Counted from the stretch's first letter, positions 27,998 to 37,417 are shown. The stretch is 64,000 nt of DNA from a virus (IMGVR_UViG_3300047552_001147:30507-94506); one strand, 5' to 3'. A program made the numbers and translations. Notes: generated by a model from the sequence alone, not told the origin.

Positions 27998-28257
27998 GAT
28001 TGCTCCTTGGCGGCGAGGGCACGAATGAGTTGCGCCGCGTCGTATCCGCCCATTGGCCTCGACCATCCCATTCCCTCTAAGTGTGAGGCTATCTCCTCGA
28101 ACGCCTGCCTGCGCGCCTCCCGCAGCGCGTCGAGCACGATGCGGAGGTCGGCGCACTCGATATGGCAATGCTGCGAGAGGCGACCGGGGCGCAGTCGCTT
28201 CTCTAGTCTCTCCCTCGCCTGCGCGAGCTCATCGTCCGGCTTACAGTGGTTTTCCAT
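27994..28257 (-). CDS. hypothetical protein
   Basis: GGGAG RBS; ARRQAFEE...AA..IRALA. Confidence 0.65.
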   Translation of the reverse strand: MENHCKPDDELAQARERLEKRLRPGRLSQHCHIECADLRIVLDALREARRQAFEEIASHLEGMGWSRPMGGYDAAQLIRALAAKEQS

Positions 28258-28453
28258 TGTGTCTCCCTTGTGGTTGGTTGTAGCCCAGAGCGAACGCCGC
28301 CGACAGCAACGACATCGTTGCCGGACTGATCGGTTTACGCTCCTTGATTGCTTCGCTGAACTGTTCGCGCTCCAGCCGCGCCTGTTCTTTGGCTAGCTGG
28401 CGGGCGATCTTGCGCTTTTCCTTGTCGCCACCGTGCTTGTAATCAATAGTCAT
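28241..28453 (-). CDS. hypothetical protein
   Basis: AAGGA RBS before MTIDYK. Confidence 0.55.
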   Translation of the reverse strand: MTIDYKHGGDKEKRKIARQLAKEQARLEREQFSEAIKERKPISPATMSLLSAAFALGYNQPQGRHNGKPL

Positions 28454-28661
28454 TGTAGTCCTTCTGCTCAAGTTTTACGGATAGCTGCTCAATCGACGAT
28501 TTGATCAGCGCGTCGTACTCGTGAAAAAACGCTTGGTGAAGGGCCAGTGCCAGCGCCGCTTGTGACGGCACTGGCTGACCAGCCTTCTTCAATCTTCTTA
28601 TGACCTTTTTCGCGCAATCTATTGCGTTGTGGCCAGGCCGCTGGTTCTTGCGTTTTACCAT
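28443..28661 (-). CDS. hypothetical protein
   Basis: Overlapping cluster ORF. Confidence 0.55.
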   Translation of the reverse strand: MVKRKNQRPGHNAIDCAKKVIRRLKKAGQPVPSQAALALALHQAFFHEYDALIKSSIEQLSVKLEQKDYNDY

Positions 28662-28912
28662 TTGTTCTTTGGTAGGATCACCATATCACCGGTGTCAAAG
28701 TCAAGTTCAAGCACTACGCACTCACCGAAATCTGTCCAGGGTTCCAGCTTGTCCAGGATTCTATTCCGCCGACGCTCGATGATGTCCGCTCTCTCGTTAT
28801 CGTCTAACAGCTCTGAATTACCTCCGCCGATGTCTCTCGCCAGTTTTTCTGCGGCCTGCACCGCCCCATCGTGGAACCCGTCGGGGTCCTTTATGTAGAA
28901 ACGTACCTTCAT
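28655..28912 (-). CDS. hypothetical protein
   Basis: ATGA coupling. Confidence 0.7.
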   Translation of the reverse strand: MKVRFYIKDPDGFHDGAVQAAEKLARDIGGGNSELLDDNERADIIERRRNRILDKLEPWTDFGECVVLELDFDTGDMVILPKNKW

Positions 28913-29223
28913 CTCTTCCTCAACTTCTCCAGCTTTTTCAGGTATTCTTGTTCCATCTCCTTGTATTCCACCACGAGGGCTTTCAGGGCCAGATCGTAAG
29001 CATCTGTGTCTACATCTGGGTTACCGCTGTAGCGGTGTAGAACAGCGGCAGCGATCCGCTCATTTAAGCGGTTTCTATCTATGCGCAGAACTGAGCGTGT
29101 CATGCAGAGCTGCCTGTCGTGATACTCGCAGTAGTCATCCGAGTACTCGCAAACATCCCGCTCGCACTCCTTCCACTCCCTGAATATCCCAGCAGGTCCG
29201 TCATGTTTGCATTTACGTGACAT
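28909..29223 (-). CDS. hypothetical protein
   Basis: Cys/His cluster C...C...CEYH. Confidence 0.65.
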   Translation of the reverse strand: MSRKCKHDGPAGIFREWKECERDVCEYSDDYCEYHDRQLCMTRSVLRIDRNRLNERIAAAVLHRYSGNPDVDTDAYDLALKALVVEYKEMEQEYLKKLEKLRKR

Positions 29224-29494
29224 TGGGTGGTAATCTCCATTTAAGGTGCCATTTCTCTAGGAAGGCCTTTGCAGGAGCAGGGTCGGCCCCTTCCTCTATG
29301 CTGCAATAGATCCCTTCCCAGAATTCGGTATCGTAGATGTACCACAGATCAAAGAAATCCATGGTAGCGTCAACTGATGGGAGAGAGTCCCACAGCGACT
29401 CAATCTCGTAGTTTGAGACACCCGCTAGTCTGCGGATGTAGTCAATACCTGACTCGTCTTCGTGTTGCGATAGTCGTCTAACGTTTAGTACCAT
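29213..29494 (-). CDS. hypothetical protein
   Basis: Cluster ORF. Confidence 0.6.
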   Translation of the reverse strand: MVLNVRRLSQHEDESGIDYIRRLAGVSNYEIESLWDSLPSVDATMDFFDLWYIYDTEFWEGIYCSIEEGADPAPAKAFLEKWHLKWRLPPNVT

Positions 29495-29816
29495 TTTTCC
29501 GTTGCCCGCTGATCCTCACATCACCCGCCTGAATTAGCTTCCATCCTTTCTTTGATAGGTCCTTACGAATTCGCCGACTGACGACAGCCGGAGTACCAGA
29601 CAGGTATTTGACGTAACCGTATTCCGTGGGGTCAGTGAAACCAGCAACGAACTTCGCGGCAACACGAAAGCTCATGTATTCAGTTCCATGGTCTTTGTGA
29701 AACCAGTCAACGTTGGCGAGAGCTGACCAAATCTCTTTGTCCAGCTCAGGCTCGTCGTAGATCTTCTCCCCGTAGAGGGCATCAAGATCGTTGAGTATTT
29801 GCAGTTTGTGCTTCAT
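29478..29816 (-). CDS. hypothetical protein
   Basis: ATGA coupling. Confidence 0.7.
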   Translation of the reverse strand: MKHKLQILNDLDALYGEKIYDEPELDKEIWSALANVDWFHKDHGTEYMSFRVAAKFVAGFTDPTEYGYVKYLSGTPAVVSRRIRKDLSKKGWKLIQAGDVRISGQRKNGTKR

Positions 29817-30175
29817 TCCAACGCCTTTATCAGTGCTTCTAGCTGATCTACTTTGACTTCTATTCTGGACTTACACGCCGACCTGGCATGTAGAACCATG
29901 TTCTTTATGTATGTCAGGTCGGCTTTTGGTTTCCCGTTGTTGAAGATGATGGCGGTGAGTTTTGCAACTTCTTCACACATCTCTGTGTGCATTCGGCGAG
30001 AGTCCACAAGATCTCTCTCCAACTCCCTAACCAAGGTCATATGCTCATCGTACAGGACATAAGCACCGGCGCGGTTCTCTGTCATGTACGGCCAAGCGTG
30101 GAAGTTATCGTCGTGAGCAATTTCAGGATCGTATCGATCAATCCCGGCAGGGATACGGTCTTGATTACCACTCAC
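29813..30175 (-). CDS. hypothetical protein
   Basis: GTGA coupling. Confidence 0.65.
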   Translation of the reverse strand: MSGNQDRIPAGIDRYDPEIAHDDNFHAWPYMTENRAGAYVLYDEHMTLVRELERDLVDSRRMHTEMCEEVAKLTAIIFNNGKPKADLTYIKNMVLHARSACKSRIEVKVDQLEALIKALE

Positions 30176-30489
30176 GATACTTTACCTTCAGCCTTGGCGA
30201 GGGCGGCATTGATGACTGAGTAGAGTTCTGAATGTTCGTCAGAGTCGTCCCCAGCGAACATCTCAGCCACTTGTCGCAACGCCTCATACATCTCTGGTGC
30301 AGCGGCGATCAGGTCGAGGTTTGCGTTCTCTTCATCCGGACTACGCAGGTGCCGTGAATATTTTGAAGATGCCGGGCACGCAACTATCCCACGATCCGCA
30401 CCGCATATGAAAAACCGCGTTTCAGCCACTCCAACAGAGTTAAGCCAGCCGCGACGCCACGGCCCCTTTGTGAAGCCAGGTCTACTCAT
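30172..30489 (-). CDS. common phage early hypothetical protein
   Basis: FTKGPW...AN..LIAAAPEMYEAL pattern. Confidence 0.7.
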   Translation of the reverse strand: MSRPGFTKGPWRRGWLNSVGVAETRFFICGADRGIVACPASSKYSRHLRSPDEENANLDLIAAAPEMYEALRQVAEMFAGDDSDEHSELYSVINAALAKAEGKVS

Positions 30490-30686
30490 TTCACCGGTTC
30501 CTTGATTTTGAACTGAGTCTCTCCTGTTTTCGGATCAACAACCCATTCGGCATATCCCTTCTCAATGAGCTCGTCCCTAATCTGCTTAACCTTGCCACAA
30601 GTGCCGGCTACGTGGAATAAGGCAAACAACGCAGATCCAGCTGCGAGTCCGACACAGATTCCGTTGATAAAGCGGGAGTCACTCAC
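30486..30686 (-). CDS. small membrane protein, triplicated family copy 3
   Basis: GTG 30686; TM helix plus LIEKGYAEWVVDPKTGETQFKIKE. Confidence 0.75.
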   Translation of the reverse strand: MSDSRFINGICVGLAAGSALFALFHVAGTCGKVKQIRDELIEKGYAEWVVDPKTGETQFKIKEPVK

Positions 30687-30898
30687 TTGAGGCACTCCTT
30701 GATTTTGAGTTCCGTTCTGCCTGTCACCGAATCGACAACTACCCACTCGGCGTAGCCGCGCTCGATCAGGCGACGTTCCATCTGCTCGGCAGTCCAGTCA
30801 CGGGCGCTCGACTTGCCTTGGTAGAAGCCAATCACGAACATCGCGACCAGCGCAACCGCAAACAGCGCAATGACCGACCAAGTAGTTTCGTACTTCAT
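30683..30898 (-). CDS. small membrane protein, triplicated family copy 2
   Basis: ATG 30898; TM helix plus LIERGYAEWVVVDSVTGRTELKIKE. Confidence 0.75.
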   Translation of the reverse strand: MKYETTWSVIALFAVALVAMFVIGFYQGKSSARDWTAEQMERRLIERGYAEWVVVDSVTGRTELKIKECLK

Positions 30899-31098
30899 TT
30901 GACACACTCCTTGATTTTGAATTCTGTTTTTCCAGTGCGCGGATCTACGATGACCCACTCAGCATAGCCCCGATCCACTAGAACCTTGTTAAGTTCCCGA
31001 CTCTTGCCGTCGAAGTGCGAGGTAGCGCAGATCATTGTGATGAAGAAGGTAAGCACGGCGCCTGTGACAAGCCCCGGAATGAACCCGTCGCTGCTCAT
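30895..31098 (-). CDS. small membrane protein, triplicated family copy 1
   Basis: TM helix plus LVDRGYAEWVIVDPRTGKTEFKIKE. Confidence 0.75.
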   Translation of the reverse strand: MSSDGFIPGLVTGAVLTFFITMICATSHFDGKSRELNKVLVDRGYAEWVIVDPRTGKTEFKIKECVK

Positions 31099-31304
31099 TT
31101 CGCACCGTCCTTCGCCAGTTCCGCGAGTAGGGCGTCGGCGGCTTCCACCGCAAGACGCGCGTTGTTCTTTGCGAACCCATCGAAGTCCGCAGGAACTCCA
31201 ACATCAGCCAGCATGGCCTTCGCCATCTCCAGCGCAAACACTTCACGCTTTGTCATATCGCTTGCATAGCGATAGCCGTTGAATCCGTCTACTTCTTTGC
31301 TCAT
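31095..31304 (-). CDS. common phage hypothetical protein
   Basis: MTKRE.FA...AV..ADALLAEL pattern. Confidence 0.7.
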   Translation of the reverse strand: MSKEVDGFNGYRYASDMTKREVFALEMAKAMLADVGVPADFDGFAKNNARLAVEAADALLAELAKDGAK

Positions 31305-31510
31305 GATTTTTTACCTTCCTTGTTGCGTTGGTTTTCTTTACTCTTTTCGATGACCACTGTCAGGCAGTCACCACAGATATCCAATACCTGCCATGTCTTA
31401 AAGAAGAACTCGTTCTCCCTTTTCTCCTGGAGGCGGAATTGGCCAGCGAGGTCCCACTCGTCGTCGACATCCTTACAGCAAAAATCACAAGAGATGATCT
31501 TTGTTCGCAT
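31301..31510 (-). CDS. small Zn-binding protein
   Basis: CDFC...DICGDC. Confidence 0.7.
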   Translation of the reverse strand: MRTKIISCDFCCKDVDDEWDLAGQFRLQEKRENEFFFKTWQVLDICGDCLTVVIEKSKENQRNKEGKKS

Positions 31511-31511
31511 T

Positions 31512-31628
31512 TTACAGGTTCCTACAGAATTTGATTAGGGCAGCGAAAGCTACCAGGACAGTGGTGAACAGGAAAAGTTCCGCAGCAATTGGTAGGATCA
31601 ATTTTACGTAGTGCTTGATGACCGTCAT
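31512..31628 (-). CDS. 38-aa membrane peptide (not in ORF track)
   Basis: ATGA-coupled MTVIKHYVKLILPIAAELFLFTTVLVAFAALIKFCRNL; fills the gap exactly. Confidence 0.6.
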   Translation of the reverse strand: MTVIKHYVKLILPIAAELFLFTTVLVAFAALIKFCRNL

Positions 31629-31819
31629 TTGGACTCTTGGTAGAACCAGCCACGGTCAAAGTCTTTGCCAGCCGCTTCCCGGTAGCCGGCAACACGCTTC
31701 TCAGCGTAGTCCTCCATAGCACGGGCGACCTCTACATCGAGATCGGTGTACTTGTCCGCCAAGGTCCCAAGAGCCTTACGAGCGGCTGCAAGAGCCTTCA
31801 AACTTACTGTCTCTTTCAT
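31625..31819 (-). CDS. hypothetical protein, first gene of the leftward cluster
   Basis: TAAGGAG RBS downstream of the promoter motif. Confidence 0.75.
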   Translation of the reverse strand: MKETVSLKALAAARKALGTLADKYTDLDVEVARAMEDYAEKRVAGYREAAGKDFDRGWFYQESK

Positions 31820-31859
31820 GTGATGTGCTCCTTAAAAGCAGAAAGTGTTCGGGATCTAA

Positions 31860-31869
31860 GTCTTATGCC
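31860..31869 (-). promoter_or_regulatory. putative phage promoter motif GGCATAAGAC
   Basis: Intergenic copy at a divergent junction. Confidence 0.7.
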
Positions 31870-31898
31870 ATATTTGATCAGTTTATTAGTTGTGCAGT

Positions 31899-31969
31899 CG
31901 CTTTTTGACGGTATCCTGAATTAGATCAGGATCTTTTTTTGTGATCCGCTCATTACGGATCAAAAAGCG
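31899..31969. other. nested inverted-repeat element
   Basis: Outer CGCTTTTTGA/TCAAAAAGCG; inner ATCCTGA/TCAGGAT and TGATCCG/CGGATCA. Confidence 0.65.
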
Positions 31970-31975
31970 CTTTCT

Positions 31976-33148
31976 ATGAATTCAATCAGTTTTTACCTGT
32001 TCGCTAAGCAAGCGGCGGGCGACTACATTGGGGCGAATAAAGACCTCAACGATTCGATCGCCAAGATTGCCGGGGATAACGGACTTTCGCAAGTCCAAAT
32101 CCAGCGGATTGTCGAGCTTGCCAATCATGAGGTCAACGACCACCTACGTAAGCTGGCGTCAGAGAAGACGTTTACGTTTAACGTGGCAAGTGTCGACGGT
32201 GTCTTGTCAAAAATGCAAGGCATCCCTAAGGTCGCCGGCATCACCCACTCGCGGGTCGTTGATGCGATCCACGCGTACAACAGAGGAATCGGGGAAGAGT
32301 CGATTGACGCCAGAGTCCAGGAAATCATGGACGGCTCCAACAAGAAGGAGTTGCTGGAAAAGCAGGCGTCGCTGCACCAAAAACTGATTCTAGAGAAGCT
32401 GGCCGCCGTCCGCCGCAGAACTGAATCTGAAAAAATCGGCTCCCTCAACAAGGTCGCAGAAGAGCTGAGAGAGTTCTTACAGACGGCAAAACAGTTCGTG
32501 TACGGTGAGCAAGGCACGCTTGACGACCTGAAGAAATACGCGGAAGCCGTGGTACCTAACTGGAGCGGCTGGGACGTTGTGTTCGAGGTAGTGCAGGCAG
32601 AGCTTCGTAAAGTCGCCGGTAAGTACAACGCCAAGAACGCAGCAAAACTGAAGTTGTGCCACGTCGCTCCGCTAGCTGCTCGGTCAAATACCGAGGGAGA
32701 GACGCCTAAGGTTCGCGTGGTCAACGGTGCCCACAAACTTGGGTACCAGGTTAAGAAGGTTCATGAGCGGGTTACGGATGCGCAGATCCTCTCCAGCCGC
32801 CTAACAGAACTTGATAACTTCAAGGACGTTCTCACTAAGAACGTGACCAACTTCAACACCAGCGCCGACGTTGAAAAGTACCTTGGAACCTTATACAAGG
32901 TAGACAAGGCCGTATCTTCTGATCAGTTCTCCAATGATCTGTTGAAGAAACTGGGAGAAGACGAAGTAAAAAAACTGACAGCCGAAGAGACTCGTAAGGC
33001 CGCTCTTGGCCTCCTCTTCGGCGAAGCTGCAACAAGAGCATCTAAGGCGACTCTTGGATCTGCTGCAAAGCATTTGATCCACAACAAGACGCCCGCTGCC
33101 CACCAAGGGCCGATTAAGAACCTCCCACAATATGAAACTGGTCAGTGA
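31976..33148 (+). CDS. K-x-A-rich putative head/core protein
   Basis: First gene of the head operon; about 11 K-x-A motifs. Confidence 0.6.
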   Translation: MNSISFYLFAKQAAGDYIGANKDLNDSIAKIAGDNGLSQVQIQRIVELANHEVNDHLRKLASEKTFTFNVASVDGVLSKMQGIPKVAGITHSRVVDAIHAYNRGIGEESIDARVQEIMDGSNKKELLEKQASLHQKLILEKLAAVRRRTESEKIGSLNKVAEELREFLQTAKQFVYGEQGTLDDLKKYAEAVVPNWSGWDVVFEVVQAELRKVAGKYNAKNAAKLKLCHVAPLAARSNTEGETPKVRVVNGAHKLGYQVKKVHERVTDAQILSSRLTELDNFKDVLTKNVTNFNTSADVEKYLGTLYKVDKAVSSDQFSNDLLKKLGEDEVKKLTAEETRKAALGLLFGEAATRASKATLGSAAKHLIHNKTPAAHQGPIKNLPQYETGQ

Positions 33149-33855
33149 ACATGAGCAAGATTTTTGACGAGTACGCTTTTGTCTATGGTGGCTTCCTTAC
33201 TGAGCAGGAAAAGATTGAGCTAGGAAAGTTCGCGTCTCAGCTCCTCAATGCCAAGACTGCTAGCAATCGAACACAGGTCAACGAGATTATCAAGAACGCG
33301 GCTGCGGAAATTGATAACTACGAAGACTTCGAGGCCGTAGTTGGGTTGTTTGATTGGCTGGAAAAGGAAGCAGCAGTCAATCCTGGATACAAGAAAATGT
33401 CACCTGTGCTGGGAAACGTACTGGCGGCAGCGACAGCGGCATTTGCACTAGCCCCTGCAGTTGCCTCGATGTCAAGACACTCGAAGCGCCAGAAGGCCTT
33501 TTCGGAGTCTTTCGAGCAGATCCTCAAGGACTACCCGAACCTAAAGGGCGACCCGAACACCCCCCGCTATTTTAAGCTGATTACCGACTTCGCGCCAGAA
33601 GTGGCCAGTAATCCGCTTGTAGCTGGAAACGTAATGGACACATTCAGAAAGATGGGTCCGGCGTCAATTACCCCGACGGTCATCAATGAGCTGCTCGGTC
33701 TACAGGGTCGCATCAATACGAACTCAACTGACGTGGCAAACACGTTCTCGCAGCCGATGTCCAAGGCATTCGAAGTGGGCGCAAACCGCTACCAGAAACT
33801 CGAAGAGCTTGCACGCAAGGACCGCGAAAACGATCTGAAGTTCAAGTCGACGTAA
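33145..33855 (+). CDS. putative inner head protein
   Basis: K-x-A motifs followed by an Ala-rich hydrophobic helix. Confidence 0.55.
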   Translation: MNMSKIFDEYAFVYGGFLTEQEKIELGKFASQLLNAKTASNRTQVNEIIKNAAAEIDNYEDFEAVVGLFDWLEKEAAVNPGYKKMSPVLGNVLAAATAAFALAPAVASMSRHSKRQKAFSESFEQILKDYPNLKGDPNTPRYFKLITDFAPEVASNPLVAGNVMDTFRKMGPASITPTVINELLGLQGRINTNSTDVANTFSQPMSKAFEVGANRYQKLEELARKDRENDLKFKST

Positions 33856-33856
33856 A

Positions 33857-34078
33857 ATGGCGATTGAAATGCACTATCGGTCCGCCCTCTCACCGACCTA
33901 CCTGGTTGGTGATGAGGTGGATCCTCAGATCAAATCTTCTGGAGACACGCGGGCCGGTAGGCTCGGGGTCGCTAAGAAGGTGCAGTCTATCGGGCTAGAC
34001 GAGGGACCGGTTTTACGGAAGGTTGCGTTCTTCCGAGCAATACTGGACGAACTAGCAAAGTATGATCAAGCTCATTAA
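33857..34078 (+). CDS. hypothetical protein
   Basis: Fills the gap in the operon; RKVAF...LDELAK. Confidence 0.55.
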   Translation: MAIEMHYRSALSPTYLVGDEVDPQIKSSGDTRAGRLGVAKKVQSIGLDEGPVLRKVAFFRAILDELAKYDQAH

Positions 34079-35435
34079 CTGCGACTGGTCTGGCGCTGGC
34101 TGGGGACCGTCATATACCCACATCCACAGCGGGACGATGGAGAAGGTGGCTAGCAGCTACATTCCCACAGATCTCCGCGTATGGATCGAGAAGCTGACGC
34201 CAAGACCAGAAGGTCGCTATGTGCTCCTGAACGCGCTCGGTGCCCACGAATATTGGGGACCTAACGCTAACGGAGATACCTTCCCGGAGTGGAGCTTGAA
34301 GGGGCTGCCGCCGCCAGCGGACGTCAAAGAGTTCCTTAAGACCGAAGTCAATAAGGTCATCCCTGACTTCACGGAGCCGCCGTCATATGGTGGACCGTCG
34401 TTCGTTACGAACGCAAAGGTCTATCAGAACCACATCAACAAAGATCCGACGATAGCCTGTGGGGACGTAATCGCCCAAGCGTATAACGATCAGATGCACA
34501 GAGTTGAGCTGATCGTGTTCATCTACGAACAGCGGGCGCCAGATGTGGTGCGGATGATTGACGCGGGAGATCCTGTGCCCTGGTCGATGGGCGCTAAGTT
34601 ACGCTTCGACGTTTGCTCCATCTGTTCCAAGGTATCAAAGACCAGAGCAGAATACTGTCCTCACCTCGCAACCCAGCTGCGCCAGATTCTGCCGGACGGC
34701 CGTAAAGTCTTCTCCTACAACTACTTCCCGGTGTTCTTCGACATCTCTAAAGTGTCGATGCCAGCGGATAGAAGCGCGTGGATGCTGAAGAAGGTCGCGA
34801 GTGTTGGTGAGCCTAAAGAAGCCAGCATGGAGAAGCGCGAGCTGGTATCTACGGCACCCGTGGATCAAAAAGATCTGGGTAGTACACCCATTAACCCGGA
34901 TCTGATCAAATTCATCTCGAACAATGGTGGCTGCCAGGACGATAGCGTCGCGGTTGATCCCCAGATGATCGCCATGAAGAAGGAATTCTCGCTGCCCGAG
35001 ATTCTGAAGAACATGCTGATGGTTGGTATGCTTCCATCAGAAAAGGACCTGAATTATCTATCTGACGGCGATCCGTCAAGAATTCCGGGTAATCTTGATC
35101 TTGTCAATCCAAACCGCCGTCTTATACTACTTTTGAGTAGTAAGATTCCGGAGCGGTCCCTCCTCGACCCGCACTTTACAAAAAGGGCAGCTAGAGGCCA
35201 GACCAGACCGCTGAAGGTGAGCAATTCTCCATTTATGCAGAAGCTCGCTCACTTACTCGGAAATATAGACTATACTAGGTTAGTGCAGATGATTGAAACA
35301 AATCCGACGATCCAGCTCGCCGTTCAGCCGAACGCTGTAGAATCGTCTTTGTTTAAAACTGCCAGTCAATCCAAGGCGGCAACGTGGCTGCCTTTTGTAG
35401 TTGTTTGTTCACAGTTTAATGGAGAAACCAAATGA
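34062..35435 (+). CDS. prohead maturation protease (HK97/assemblin-type) with Zn insertion
   Basis: NANGDTF, YQNH (His), WSMG (Ser), CSIC...YCPH, FFDISKVSMPAD; upstream of scaffold and MCP. Confidence 0.8.
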   Translation: MIKLINCDWSGAGWGPSYTHIHSGTMEKVASSYIPTDLRVWIEKLTPRPEGRYVLLNALGAHEYWGPNANGDTFPEWSLKGLPPPADVKEFLKTEVNKVIPDFTEPPSYGGPSFVTNAKVYQNHINKDPTIACGDVIAQAYNDQMHRVELIVFIYEQRAPDVVRMIDAGDPVPWSMGAKLRFDVCSICSKVSKTRAEYCPHLATQLRQILPDGRKVFSYNYFPVFFDISKVSMPADRSAWMLKKVASVGEPKEASMEKRELVSTAPVDQKDLGSTPINPDLIKFISNNGGCQDDSVAVDPQMIAMKKEFSLPEILKNMLMVGMLPSEKDLNYLSDGDPSRIPGNLDLVNPNRRLILLLSSKIPERSLLDPHFTKRAARGQTRPLKVSNSPFMQKLAHLLGNIDYTRLVQMIETNPTIQLAVQPNAVESSLFKTASQSKAATWLPFVVVCSQFNGETK

Positions 35436-35806
35436 ACGTCGAGGCTCTATTTGCGGAACTCCGCAAAAACTCAGACGCTGAGGCTAAAGAAACGCCGGTC
35501 GAGAAGACAGCCTCGGCGCAAGGTCAGGGTGAAGTTGGTATGGAGAAGCTGGCAGGCGAACTTTACGCTGCTGGTCAACTCTTCGCCGAAGGCTTCACTG
35601 ATCGCTTTATTGAAAAGCTAGCGGCTGGTGTACCGGCTGCTGGTGCTGGCATTGCTTCGCCCAAGAGCAAGTGGGAAGCGGTCGGCAAGAAGATTGAGAA
35701 CCTGAAGACACACGGTGGCGTCGGTGATAACAGCGTTGTTCGCGCTGAAGCCGAAGCGATGTCGGGTGCAAAGGGTGTTGTGAATCCGGCGAAACCGCTG
35801 TCATAA
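35432..35806 (+). CDS. putative scaffold/inner head protein
   Basis: EKTAS, EKLAG, EKLAA. Confidence 0.6.
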   Translation: MNVEALFAELRKNSDAEAKETPVEKTASAQGQGEVGMEKLAGELYAAGQLFAEGFTDRFIEKLAAGVPAAGAGIASPKSKWEAVGKKIENLKTHGGVGDNSVVRAEAEAMSGAKGVVNPAKPLS

Positions 35807-35823
35807 TCAGGAGACAACCACAC

Positions 35824-36291
35824 ATGACATCACTAGCAGAAACGTTTGAACTGGTGAAGCAGGCGGAGTTTGAAACCAAGCTCGCCTCGCTCCAGAAGGC
35901 CTGGGGAGATGACGAGGTTCGCCTTGATCTGATGGATCAGGCTATCGACATCGTCAAGGAAGCTCAGGCAAATGGCGAACTTCCGGAAATGGACGAAGCG
36001 CAGATCCTAGATCTCTGTGTCGCCATGGTGGAAGACGCTATGGAAGAAGAGCAAGAGAAGACGGCTAGCGAGGAATCGGAAGAAGCTCAGGAAGAGCTCT
36101 CGGAAGAAGAACTCGAAAAGCAGGCTGAAGCGCTCTATGACCTAGGTCAGGACGTCGGTGTCATTCTCGCAGAGAACGACATTACGGCGGAAGACATTGA
36201 GAAGCTGGCGGAAGAAGATGCTGACCAGCTCGGTAGAGAAGTCGCTCGCGAGCTTGTGGCACGTTACGAAGCTCTCGAAAGCGCTGAGTAA
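35824..36291 (+). CDS. acidic scaffold-like protein
   Basis: Very Glu-rich and helical; 6 K-x-A motifs. Confidence 0.65.
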   Translation: MTSLAETFELVKQAEFETKLASLQKAWGDDEVRLDLMDQAIDIVKEAQANGELPEMDEAQILDLCVAMVEDAMEEEQEKTASEESEEAQEELSEEELEKQAEALYDLGQDVGVILAENDITAEDIEKLAEEDADQLGREVARELVARYEALESAE

Positions 36292-36316
36292 GCGTTACTG
36301 ACCGGGAGGCAACCCC

Positions 36317-36535
36317 ATGCTGTTTTCTGACATCGAAGAACTGATTAAGAGAGCCTCGGCAACTCCAACCACCGACGAGGATTCTGAAACAGAAAAGGTT
36401 GCCTCCAAGTCTGATAGTGATGCCATCGACGAACTCGTAAGAGAAATTGATGGCGAACTGTCGGAATCAATTGAAAAGCGAGCCAGCAAGGTGGGGATCG
36501 CTAAACTATTACTGGCTATTGATTTGCTTCAATAA
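36317..36535 (+). CDS. small acidic head assembly protein
   Basis: GGAGG RBS; KRAS, KVAS, KRAS. Confidence 0.65.
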   Translation: MLFSDIEELIKRASATPTTDEDSETEKVASKSDSDAIDELVREIDGELSESIEKRASKVGIAKLLLAIDLLQ

Positions 36536-36900
36536 TGGGATTCACAAAAGCCGCCTCACTGCTTCTAAAAGCAAGGGACGCCCTGGTTCAGCTCAAAGCT
36601 GACTCAGCTGCAACGCACGTAAAACTCGCGTCTGCGGAAACTGAGCTTAAGGCGTATTTAGCCGTTTTAGAGTTAGTCAAGGAAGGGCTTATCGATCCGA
36701 TCGACGTATTTGATAAACTGGCGGAATTCAAGGAAGACCCGAATAAGCCGGTCCTGCTAAAACAGGCAGCGCAAATGGGATACTCTTCTCAAAATTATTC
36801 AATTGGTTATGTGACGGATCTTGGTAAGCAAGCAAGCGATACAGCTACTCCGGAAGAGCGGCTGGTCGAAAGAGTAAGGGACATCGTAGAGGACTACTAA
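36535..36900 (+). CDS. putative scaffold-like protein
   Basis: 5 K-x-A motifs. Confidence 0.65.
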   Translation: MGFTKAASLLLKARDALVQLKADSAATHVKLASAETELKAYLAVLELVKEGLIDPIDVFDKLAEFKEDPNKPVLLKQAAQMGYSSQNYSIGYVTDLGKQASDTATPEERLVERVRDIVEDY

Positions 36901-36901
36901 A

Positions 36902-37417
36902 ATGGCTCGTAAAACCCAATCAAACGTAACGCTTAACGCAAAGCTCTCATCTGTAAACCTTCAGCGCATCGCGCTTAAGGACGACTCGTCATTCTCGGAA
37001 GGTGCACCGGTCAAGATCGATGCAACGACTGGTGGCGCAGCGATCCCGCTCGGCTGCAGCCCGGCGGCTGAAGCGGCAAACGCCGTTGTCTTCATGAACT
37101 GGGTTGACTCGGATCGTTCCGACGTCGCCTTCATTCAGCAGGACAAGACCGACAGTACAGCGCCGACGATGTACATCGAAGGTGGTGGTCTGACCGGTAT
37201 TCTCGGTAACGACGTTGACGTCGGTCTCCCGGCGTCGCTGTGGAACCACAGTGGCCAGCTGCCCACGATCAACTACGGCGTCTTCATCAGCGCCGCAGGT
37301 ACGAAGTGGCAGGCGGAAGCCATCGTCGCTGGTCGTACGTACTACGGCCGCATCTATCGCCACTACAACGGTCGCGCGCACTTCATCTTCCACTCAGTGC
37401 CGCACGTCTACGCCTGA
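36902..37417 (+). CDS. capsid decoration/cement-like protein
   Basis: beta-rich, immediately upstream of the MCP. Confidence 0.55.
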   Translation: MARKTQSNVTLNAKLSSVNLQRIALKDDSSFSEGAPVKIDATTGGAAIPLGCSPAAEAANAVVFMNWVDSDRSDVAFIQQDKTDSTAPTMYIEGGGLTGILGNDVDVGLPASLWNHSGQLPTINYGVFISAAGTKWQAEAIVAGRTYYGRIYRHYNGRAHFIFHSVPHVYA

